Below, in pieces: positions 9,401 through 17,379 of a stretch of 50,277 bases of DNA; the stretch's first letter is position 1, and each line of letters begins with the position of its first letter. The stretch comes from an uncultured Rhodopirellula sp. (GTDB lineage Bacteria > Planctomycetota > Planctomycetia > Pirellulales > Pirellulaceae). Location: assembly GCA_964449225.1 (NCBI GenBank), contig CAYVAN010000004.1, positions 1 through 50,277 on the forward strand. Direction: 5' to 3'. The notes beneath the pieces are model-generated. The model searched no databases. It was given only the letters and a program-made list of their open reading frames with translations, and was not told the origin of the DNA. The translations under genes were made by a program, and so were the position numbers.

Positions 9401-12400
9401 CGCGATCTGGGGCAGCGGCTATGACAACGTTCGGGTTTACGTCGAAGTTGTCCATCGCGACGAAGTGTTGCAGGCGTTCTGGACTGATGGAAGTCAGACG
9501 CAAGGTGTCATTGAAGTTCCGATTGACGAGTCGATGCGAGGTGGTGTGACTCTGCGGACGACGATGGTCCGAGAGAATCGTATCTATCAACGATCACACT
9601 TGATTGAGGTTCCATGGACCAACAAAAAGCTTGACATCAAGTGGGAACGGTTTGTGTCCAAGTTGCAACCAGGTGCGAAAGAAACCTGGACAGCAATCAT
9701 TCAGTCCAGCGGCGATGATTCCACCGACGATGAAGCAAGTGCTGCGATTGCAGAAATGGTGGCAACACTTTACGACGCGTCGCTTGATGCGTTTATGCCA
9801 CATTCCTTTGGAAACCTCAGTAATCTGTTTCGGCGAAATTCCAACAATGTCTACTCGACATTTGAGAATCAATTGCAGACCTTGCAAGTGTTACGTAGCT
9901 ATCGACGCCGCGACCGTCAAAAAGAAACGCTGACGTATTGGCACTTCCCGGCCGAACTGACTCGAAATGTTTGGTGGTATGGCAGGTCACGGATGCGTCG
10001 CAACGGTGTGATGCCGATGGCAGCCGCCACCATGGGCATGTCCGGTGCACCGCAGTCCAAAGGTGCCTTTTCAGAGGACTTTGCAATGGAGTCGGAGTCC
10101 ATGATGACCAACGAAGCCGCCGGATCGGGAGAAGGCGATAAGCCGGGTGGCGGTCAGCCAAAAATCGAAGTTGATTTGGACAACGTGTCGGCCCGTCAGA
10201 ACCTCAATGAAACCGCGTTTTTCTTCCCGCAAATGGTTTCCGACAAAGATGGAATCGTCCGCATTTCGTTTACGATGCCCGAAGCACTGACGCAGTGGAA
10301 CTTTATTGGGCTCGCCCATGACAATCAGCTAAGAAGCGGGACCATCACCGGAACCTCCGTGACGGCCAAGGACTTGATGGTTCAACCCAATCCGCCTCGG
10401 TTTGTTCGCGAGGGCGACGAAATCGAGTTTACGGTCAAGGTCAGTAATCAATCACCGACAATTCAAACCGGATTGGTGCGGTTGACGTTCGCGGACGCCC
10501 GCACTGGTGAATCGGTCGATGGCGAATTGGAAAATACCCAAACCGACTTGCCTTTTTCGATTCCGGCTGGTGAATCGGATTCACTATCGTGGCGTATCAG
10601 TGTTGCCGATGGTTTGGGTTTCTTGACGTACAAGGCGGTGGGTTCCACGGGCAAGCTGTCCGATGGCGAAGAAGGATTCTTGCCGGTTTTGTCCAGGCGA
10701 GTGATGGTGACCGAATCTTTGCCGCTGCCGATTCGTGGTAAGCAGAACAAGGATTTTCAGTTTGAAAAAATGCTTGCATCCATCGATTCTGATTCGATTG
10801 ATCATCAATCCTTGACGGTGCAAATGGTGTCGAACCCGTCATGGTACGCCGTAATGGCGCTGCCGTACCTAATGGAGTATCCGCACCAATGCAGTGAGCA
10901 AACATTCAATCGGTTTTACGCCAACGCGTTGGCGCGTCACATCGCCACCAGCGATCCAAAAATCGAAAAAGTGTTTCAGCAGTGGCGTGCGACCCCGGCG
11001 CTGGATAGTCCACTGGAGAAAAATGAAGATCTAAAATCGGTCATGATTCAAGAGTCACCTTGGTTGGTTCAGGCCAAAGCTGAAAGTCAGGCAAGACGTG
11101 ATGTCGGGATTCTGTTTGAGCAAAATCGACTCGATACCGAAATGCAGCGAGCATTTATCAAGCTGTCGCAAATGCAATCGAGTGATGGTTCATGGCCGTG
11201 GTTCGACGGCGGACCCAGCAATGCTTATTTGACGCTTTACATTACCACCGGCTTTGGGCGGCTTCGACATTTGGGGGCCGATGCCGACGTCACCCCAGCG
11301 ATCAAGGCACTGAGATTCTTGGACGCGTGGGCCAATGAAATGTATCGCAAAATAAAGCCAGCCAATCGAGACAGCAATCATCTAAGCAGCACGATTGCGT
11401 TGTACTTGTACGGTCGCAGTTTCTTCGCCACGGACAATCCCGTGGCCGATGAAAACCGAGAAGCGTTCCAGTATTGGTTGGATCAAGCGGAAACGCATTG
11501 GTTAGATTTGAATGTTCGTCAGTCACAGGCTCAGCTGGCAGTCGCACTGAAACGGTTCGGCAAACAGGCCAAAGCCGAGGCGATCATGGCCTCAATGAAA
11601 GAACGCAGCGTCACCGATGAAGAACTGGGGATGTTCTGGAAAGAGTCAGAGATGTCATGGTGGTGGTATCGTGCTCCCATCGAAACACAGGCGATGATGA
11701 TCGAGGCGTTTGATGAAGTGGTCGGTGATCAGCAGGCGGTCGAAGGCTGCAAAGTTTGGTTGCTGAAACAAAAACAGACTCAGGCATGGTCGACGACCAA
11801 GTCAACGGCCGACGCGGTTTATTCGTTGTTGCTGCGTGGTTCGGATCTGTTGGCGTCCGACGCATTGGTTGAAGTTTCGCTTGGTGGAGAGACTATCGAA
11901 CCGGAGAAAGTCGAAGCGGGAACCGGTTTTTATCAGCAACGTTTCGTTGGCGAATCGGTGAAGCCAGCAATGGGCGACGTCACCGTTACCAAGGTTGATG
12001 ACGGTGTCGCGTGGGGCAGCGTGCATTGGCAGTACTTGGAGGATTTATCCAAGGTCACGCCGCACGACGGTACACCCTTAAAACTGACCAAGCAGTTGTA
12101 CGTTAAAAAGAACACGAAGGACGGGCCTAAGCTCGTTCGAGTGGATGGGCCAGTGGAGGTTGGTGATGAATTGGTCGTGCGAATCGTGCTGCGAACCGAT
12201 CGCGACATGGAATTCGTTCACCTAAAAGATCATCGTGGCAGCGGAACCGAACCGGTCAACGTCTTGTCGCGATACAAACGACAAGACGGGCTTCGGTACT
12301 ATGAATCAACACGTGATACGGCCAGCCATTTCTTTATCGATTACTTGCCCAAGGGAAACTACGTGTTCGAGTATTCCACGCGTGTGCAATTGCGTGGCGA

Positions 12401-12488
12401 ATACCAAACTGGTTTTGCCAACGTTCAGTGCATGTACGCACCAGAATTCGACGCCCACAGCGAGAGCCTTCCCATCGTTTGCCAGTAG
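6441..12488 (+). CDS. bacterial alpha-2-macroglobulin (MG2 / A2M / thioester domains), 2015 aa
   Basis: Signal peptide; FTDRAIYRPGQ and VEEYKRPKF (MG2); ETAFFFP..MPEALTQW (A2M); PRFVREGD; YPHQCSEQ thioester motif; C-terminal CMYAPEF.AHS. Confidence 0.93.
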   Translation: MAVKKNPLLAVFLLLLSMLSTVALHSAGPPIPTDSSWKKVRAAMDKGLPKTAVKELTPLIEKALADKNYDQAVRGITTRVVLEANIQGSQPAERVTRLESEIAKAPDEIKPVLEAVLAHWYWHYFQQNRWRFAGRTVVDSPDTDDEDFTTWDLKRILDEIDKHFEAALAAAPQLKQIAAADYDEFLEKGTVGDDYRPTLYDVVAESAIQFYAAGEQAGSLSQDAFVLSADSPIFDSMQQFLTWEPSSSDQSNGLSVTLKAISLYQDLLRFHQDDANKTARLDWDLARLRFGFNKAVGEEKDDRYKASLQRFSKRNADHQISARAKHQLAEQLSENGDLVAAHQIASEALTQFPDSVGGRRCHNLIETIEQVSVGVHTERVWTKPMPSIDVSYKNIEKIHFRLISLDYVNFLKSRKYQPTQFNQNEVNELLKQTPIRAWSVDLPPTDDYQQRTEQTEIPVEAIAELPLGSYLLLASEQEDFRTQTNNISITEVWRSDLALVMRRHSDGSQIDGVVVDANSGQPIRGAKVEVWRRQNQGFFQRSESLATDVRGFFSPPKSALHQLRLLVKRGKDSLGTANPYYQGQRPNRSAHNHSRTLFFTDRAIYRPGQTIQFKGICYWSDTDANDYRTLPGKKLTVVFTDSNGQEIEKRSVRTNDYGSFSASVTAPKDRLMGQMSLRIDSGPRGSTLIRVEEYKRPKFRVEIESPSDPVKLGDQVTVNGKATAYTGVPIDGAKVSYRVVRSVRYAPWWYWRCWWMPVAPSPDQEIAIGNTTTDSLGQFDIGFKARPDESVSKESEPTFTYRIYADVTDTTGETRSDETSLDLRYSAIAATLSVDQFLTTDDPVSLMVSVDGLFGGGSKATGSVKVYRLKQPDWVVRSPIAGRHFQHPAAVSQPAKPDPANPSSWELGEMVAELPYETTAAGKASVVAELDAGLYRGVLDADDGNGNQATAYAQIQVIDADEKKFGIKVPFVLAHATGSTSPGETFRAIWGSGYDNVRVYVEVVHRDEVLQAFWTDGSQTQGVIEVPIDESMRGGVTLRTTMVRENRIYQRSHLIEVPWTNKKLDIKWERFVSKLQPGAKETWTAIIQSSGDDSTDDEASAAIAEMVATLYDASLDAFMPHSFGNLSNLFRRNSNNVYSTFENQLQTLQVLRSYRRRDRQKETLTYWHFPAELTRNVWWYGRSRMRRNGVMPMAAATMGMSGAPQSKGAFSEDFAMESESMMTNEAAGSGEGDKPGGGQPKIEVDLDNVSARQNLNETAFFFPQMVSDKDGIVRISFTMPEALTQWNFIGLAHDNQLRSGTITGTSVTAKDLMVQPNPPRFVREGDEIEFTVKVSNQSPTIQTGLVRLTFADARTGESVDGELENTQTDLPFSIPAGESDSLSWRISVADGLGFLTYKAVGSTGKLSDGEEGFLPVLSRRVMVTESLPLPIRGKQNKDFQFEKMLASIDSDSIDHQSLTVQMVSNPSWYAVMALPYLMEYPHQCSEQTFNRFYANALARHIATSDPKIEKVFQQWRATPALDSPLEKNEDLKSVMIQESPWLVQAKAESQARRDVGILFEQNRLDTEMQRAFIKLSQMQSSDGSWPWFDGGPSNAYLTLYITTGFGRLRHLGADADVTPAIKALRFLDAWANEMYRKIKPANRDSNHLSSTIALYLYGRSFFATDNPVADENREAFQYWLDQAETHWLDLNVRQSQAQLAVALKRFGKQAKAEAIMASMKERSVTDEELGMFWKESEMSWWWYRAPIETQAMMIEAFDEVVGDQQAVEGCKVWLLKQKQTQAWSTTKSTADAVYSLLLRGSDLLASDALVEVSLGGETIEPEKVEAGTGFYQQRFVGESVKPAMGDVTVTKVDDGVAWGSVHWQYLEDLSKVTPHDGTPLKLTKQLYVKKNTKDGPKLVRVDGPVEVGDELVVRIVLRTDRDMEFVHLKDHRGSGTEPVNVLSRYKRQDGLRYYESTRDTASHFFIDYLPKGNYVFEYSTRVQLRGEYQTGFANVQCMYAPEFDAHSESLPIVCQ

Positions 12489-12624
12489 TTGTTCGTACGA
12501 GTGCTCACGCCACCCCAAAGTTGTGGAAAACTCTTGATGTGTCACTGCGTTCCTATGGGAGAACGCACTTACTTTGTCCATGAAACGAACCAATCGCCTA
12601 GTCTTTTTAAGCAAGTTCCAACAA

Positions 12625-13122
12625 GTGAATCCTGAAGTCATCTTTCGTCAGCTGATGCTTGGACGTTGGCAAATCGCAATGGTCATCAGTGGCGGCGGAA
12701 GTGGATCGGTAACGTCTTGTTTGCGACGGAGCGGCGCATCAAAAAACTTTGTCGAGATTGCGATTCCCTATTCTCGGGCATCGATGGAAAATTATTTGAG
12801 CAACAAGACAGCTGGGCCAAGTGCGTCGATTGAAACGGCGCGTCAATTGGCGTCGCGAGCACTGGATCGAGCAAGCCAGTTTTCTGACTTGCAAGATGCG
12901 ATACCCGTTGGACTGTCGCTGACAGCAGCTCTGCCAACTCAGCCGCCCCGTGACCAAGTGAACCAGATTCATGTATCGCTGCAAAGTGATGGCGTCATTA
13001 AGGACTGGTCTCAGTTCTTTGGACCTGAGATCACTTCACGCAGCGAAGCAGAAACCGTCGCTGACGACATGCTGATGCACGCGATCGAGTTTCTGGTAAA
13101 ACCCACGACAAATTTCAATTAG
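12625..13122 (+). CDS. CinA/PncC-like fold protein
   Basis: ISGGGS...SGASKNFVEIAIPYS...SASIETARQLA...GLSLTA resembles the CinA C-terminal domain. GTG 12625 is the probable start (ORF open from 12574). Confidence 0.6.
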   Translation: MNPEVIFRQLMLGRWQIAMVISGGGSGSVTSCLRRSGASKNFVEIAIPYSRASMENYLSNKTAGPSASIETARQLASRALDRASQFSDLQDAIPVGLSLTAALPTQPPRDQVNQIHVSLQSDGVIKDWSQFFGPEITSRSEAETVADDMLMHAIEFLVKPTTNFN

Positions 13123-13340
13123 TAGAGCGGCGAAACCGCGACAGCAGATCCGAACATTGGAATCGTGGGTTTGAATCTGGTTTCGGAGCATAGCTTGTTT
13201 GCTGTGAAGCGAATGACCGATCATTCTCCGCGCTTTAACCGGAGCAACGTAAACGAACAGAGCTTCGTTTCGGCGGTTCAATGCGGATGCCTGAACTCGG
13301 CTGCGGTTTTTGCAAACCTTTTATATCAGGTTACGACCGT

Positions 13341-15128
13341 TTACCACTCTGCGTAGATGGTTTTCAATTGGATGTCATCCGATGGCTTGGTTGAATTCGT
13401 ATCCCACATGGCATTTTGGCCTTGCTGGTCCTCGCCATCAGGACCGACGCTGTAAAGAGTGTAGGACGAGGTTAGTTTTCGATAAACGAATGGATCGCCT
13501 CGTTGAAAAGGATCTTGATGAAAATCGTCCCGCAGAGCAGTCGCTTGTTCAGGCCAAACAAGTTGATCGAGTGAATCTGGGTACTTCTTATATTCGTGGT
13601 GGTAACTGCTCAACATCAGTTCGTTTATCGTGAGTCGCAGCGTGGCAGTTTCGCGTTTTCTTGCATCCGACAAAGTGGCGAAAAATGATTGGGCATCTGT
13701 TTCGTACTCAGCAGCAATCTGTTGCAAGCGTCCGAACCAACCCAATGCGGAGCGTATCCACGCATTGTCGCGTTGTTGTATCGACGTCACGCCTTCTCGG
13801 GCGGCCAGTCCATCGATGATGCAGCCAATCAGTGAATTGCGTTGTTCCTGCGTCAACTGTTCGCGATGATTCCACACTACGTAGGCAAACGAACCAGTGC
13901 AAGCCATTCCAATTACATCGTCGATAACGAGGCCTCCGCGACGACATTCCGATGACCACAGCAATCCGGTTGCTATTGTTTCGACTGCCTCCGCGATTTG
14001 GTCGTTAGCAAATTGGCACTCTGCTGCAAATGCAATGGTTCTGGCAAGATTTCTCTGACGCTGGGCACGAACCATATCAATGTCTGATTCTTTACCAGTG
14101 ATCGGGATTCGCATGGAATGCAGTTCGCTAACCTCCTTTATTTTCTCTCGCCAGGGGAGGAATGCCTTTGTATTGAATCGCTTACGGTCTATTGCGAGTT
14201 TCGCGTCTAACATGGAGACGTCAATCAGTTCAGCTTCCATTGTTCGAGCAATGTGAATCATGTTCTTATGGACGTTGGTAGCATCGGGATCAGGAAGATT
14301 CAAACCACTAGGGCGTATCAAAATCCAGAACAAGGCGACGCTTGCGATTGTCACCCATGCAATTAGCATTTCCTGGAAACGACATGACCACCATCGCCAC
14401 CACCGTTTGACGTTCGTAGGTTGTTTTAGCGCGGATTGCTCATCATTTAAATTCCACCTTGTCGCGATGCAACTGCACGCATAGCTGATCGCAGTGACCA
14501 AGATCCAGATCGCGAACCAGCGTACGTCCAATAAGGCTCGCGAAGCAAAGAGGAAAGGCAAAGCAGCGTTAGGAGCTGGCGGCGGCCAGCTACCCATCGA
14601 ATGAAGGTTGCTCGCAAACTGATCTTGCCAGGCAAGCACTAATGCGATCGACGCTCCGATCAAGGTTACGATGCTAAAGGTTCTCACCGTTTTTTTTCTT
14701 GACCATGATTTCCATTGGGGCTTTGCGTCAGCGATCACTCCTGCCATTGAAGCCCAGGTAGCAAAAGCGACTGAGGTCATTAGCAAGTTAACAATTTCTT
14801 GCCTGGAACGCAGTTCAATCTGTCCAATAATCAAACCTGCGATTGCAGCCATGAATGTTGCAGCTAGCAACGTTTGGATTGACGGTTGGTATTGAGAGCG
14901 TTTTCTAACTGCTTGTAGAAACCAAAGTAGGTAGCAGAGCGAAGCTGTTAACCAAAATAACAGCCATAGTTCCGAAGCCTTGGTCAATAAGGTCGGTACC
15001 AAGGCGAGTCCAATCCAACCGGCACGGGCGAGATCTGATTGAAACACCCTGCATCCAACCATCACCAACGCTGCAAACAATCCAAGCGGTCCGGCGATGA
15101 TCAGGATGACGATAGCGTTGTGAAACAT
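13341..15128 (-). CDS. polytopic membrane protein with C-terminal GspG/pseudopilin-like motif, function unknown
   Basis: Multiple hydrophobic helices in the first ~270 aa. C-terminal YPDSLDQLV...DPF...FVYR...YTLYSVGPDGED resembles the T2SS-G C-terminal motif. Confidence 0.6.
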   Translation of the reverse strand: MFHNAIVILIIAGPLGLFAALVMVGCRVFQSDLARAGWIGLALVPTLLTKASELWLLFWLTASLCYLLWFLQAVRKRSQYQPSIQTLLAATFMAAIAGLIIGQIELRSRQEIVNLLMTSVAFATWASMAGVIADAKPQWKSWSRKKTVRTFSIVTLIGASIALVLAWQDQFASNLHSMGSWPPPAPNAALPFLFASRALLDVRWFAIWILVTAISYACSCIATRWNLNDEQSALKQPTNVKRWWRWWSCRFQEMLIAWVTIASVALFWILIRPSGLNLPDPDATNVHKNMIHIARTMEAELIDVSMLDAKLAIDRKRFNTKAFLPWREKIKEVSELHSMRIPITGKESDIDMVRAQRQRNLARTIAFAAECQFANDQIAEAVETIATGLLWSSECRRGGLVIDDVIGMACTGSFAYVVWNHREQLTQEQRNSLIGCIIDGLAAREGVTSIQQRDNAWIRSALGWFGRLQQIAAEYETDAQSFFATLSDARKRETATLRLTINELMLSSYHHEYKKYPDSLDQLVWPEQATALRDDFHQDPFQRGDPFVYRKLTSSYTLYSVGPDGEDQQGQNAMWDTNSTKPSDDIQLKTIYAEW

Positions 15129-15445
15129 GTCAGACAGTTTAACGGCGTCGGGCTAATTTATGTCGCTCGCGCTTTTCAAACGCAAATGTCCCTACATCGC
15201 AACGATGCCCGCGCCATTCGGTTGAAAGTCTGTGCGTTACGGACTGTTAATTTATAGCGATTACGGCAGTCCTGACGATTTTTCTGATTTTTCGGGATTT
15301 CATTCGATGTTTGCAACATTGCTGGTCGATACCACTGATGAACCGGTCGGTCGTTGCCGAAGCACAATCGATTTTGATCGCTGGTTCGCGTTACCCCCCA
15401 CATGTGCGACGAATTCACTTCGTTCACTTCCCAGCTTTTTCACGG

Positions 15446-17227
15446 GTGAAGCCAGTGCTTACCTTCCGTTGTCAAACTCACATTTTCCTTGCCGTTGCGG
15501 TGTTATTCACCGCATCCACTTCGGCGGCTGATCCACAGTACGGTGCTTCGTCTCGTCGCGGGGCCAAATCTGCCGATCGCAACGCCAGCCGCAACGTGCG
15601 GTCAACTGAACGAGTCGCTCGAGCTAGCTGGCAACCCAGTCGCCGCGAAAATCACGAAAACACCGATAGCGAACCACAGCTAGAGGAAACGACCGTGAAA
15701 CTGGTCGGCTTCGAAGATGACAATCGAAGCCGTAAACGCCAAGCTAACAATCGGCGAACCAACCAACAGCGCGTTCGGCAGGTTGCTGCCAACAGCGCAC
15801 CTTTGCCACCGTCGGATTCGATCATCGATCCGCCAGTCCACCCTGGTCATTTAGACGGTCAAATCCCGACCGGATACGGTAGCGGAACGCCCATCAACGG
15901 CATGCCCAGCTACGACAGCGATGTTGTCTACAGCGATGGCTCTTGTGATGGACTTCCTGCTGGCCAATGCGGCTGTGACGGACTCAGCTGTGATGGAGGC
16001 TGCGATAGCGGTTGTGATTCAATCTCGTGCGGCGGATGCGGGTCATCGGGATGCAGCATGTGCGGTGAATTGGCCAGTCCCAATGCTTGGCGGCCATGCC
16101 TGACCCTATGCGTTCCACAGGACGGATGGGTCAATTTTGAATACTTACTTTGGTGGCAGGACGGAATGGATCTGCCGCCGTTGGTCACCAGCAGTGTAGG
16201 CCCGAACGTTCCAGCGACTCAATCAGGCGTGCTCGGTCAAGCCACCACGCGAACCCTGTTTGGCGGCGACGACGTTCTGACCGATAACTTTGACGGCGGC
16301 CGATTACGATTCGGTGTCTGGTTGGACAAGTGCCACACTTGGGGTCTAGGGGCAGAGTACTTCAGCATCGGCAGCGAAAGCGAAGGCTTTTCACAAACCA
16401 GCACCGGCGACCCGACTTTATCGCGTCCCTTCTTTAACACCGAAACAAATCAAGAAGACGCGCAGCTTGTTGCCTTCCCCGGCATCGTGACTGGAAACGT
16501 GACCGCGACCGCGACGAGCCGATTGTCCGGCGCGGGCGTCCACCTGCGACACCTTCGCAATTGCTGCGAAGGATGCACCAGCGGACTGTTCTGCGGATGT
16601 GCGGGTCACTTTTGCAGCCGCACCGAAGCCATCTTTGGATATCGCGGGTTGCAGTTAACAGAGAGCATCACGATTCAAGAAGACTTGGTCAGCAACGACA
16701 CTGGAAACCCAGGATCGTTCGACATCATGGATCGATTCGAGACACGTAACCAATTCAACGGCTTTGACATTGGCTGGTTGAATCGACGAACTCGCGGATT
16801 CTGGACACTTGATACCAGCCTTCGCTTGGCGATCGGAAACAATAAGCAAACGGTCCGCGTCAATGGCAGCACCGAGATCACTGACCCATCGGCTACCCCA
16901 AACGTGGAAACATTCCAGGGCGGATTACTGACTCAGAATCCTGGCAACATTGGTGTCTTTGAACGAAACGAGTTTGCCGTCGTTCCAGAGCTTGGTGCCA
17001 CCTTGGGATACCAGCTGACTGACCATCTGCGTGCAACGATTGGATACACCTTTATCTACTGGTCCAACGTGGTTCGCCCGGGCGACCACATCGACCGCGA
17101 CGTCAACCCGAACTTGATTCCACCGCAAGTCCCACCGATCGCAGGTGCGGCTCGGCCTGGATTTGAATTCGATACGACCGACTACTGGGTCCAAGGACTT
17201 AGTTTTGGCGGCGAGTATCGCTGGTAA
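15446..17227 (+). CDS. BBP7-family planctomycete outer-membrane beta-barrel protein
   Basis: Signal peptide, Cys-rich linker, then EYLLWW..GM.LPPLVT, GGRLRFG.WLD, LSRPFFN, TRNQFNG, F.VVPELG..LGYQLT..LR..IGYTFIYWSNVVRPGD.ID; C-terminal W (GGEYRW). Start probably GTG 15446/15455 (ORF open from 15311). Confidence 0.85.
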   Translation: MKPVLTFRCQTHIFLAVAVLFTASTSAADPQYGASSRRGAKSADRNASRNVRSTERVARASWQPSRRENHENTDSEPQLEETTVKLVGFEDDNRSRKRQANNRRTNQQRVRQVAANSAPLPPSDSIIDPPVHPGHLDGQIPTGYGSGTPINGMPSYDSDVVYSDGSCDGLPAGQCGCDGLSCDGGCDSGCDSISCGGCGSSGCSMCGELASPNAWRPCLTLCVPQDGWVNFEYLLWWQDGMDLPPLVTSSVGPNVPATQSGVLGQATTRTLFGGDDVLTDNFDGGRLRFGVWLDKCHTWGLGAEYFSIGSESEGFSQTSTGDPTLSRPFFNTETNQEDAQLVAFPGIVTGNVTATATSRLSGAGVHLRHLRNCCEGCTSGLFCGCAGHFCSRTEAIFGYRGLQLTESITIQEDLVSNDTGNPGSFDIMDRFETRNQFNGFDIGWLNRRTRGFWTLDTSLRLAIGNNKQTVRVNGSTEITDPSATPNVETFQGGLLTQNPGNIGVFERNEFAVVPELGATLGYQLTDHLRATIGYTFIYWSNVVRPGDHIDRDVNPNLIPPQVPPIAGAARPGFEFDTTDYWVQGLSFGGEYRW

Positions 17228-17379
17228 CCATCAAGACGACTGGTCTGAATGGCCGATGACTCTAATAAGTGCGTTGAATCCGATTTTATCGAACCGCACA
17301 ACGTCAGTTTCACGAGCTCGCGTGCTCGGCTAATTGGCACCCCCACTAAAAAAGAACACCCCGTCACGGGACAGCTACG

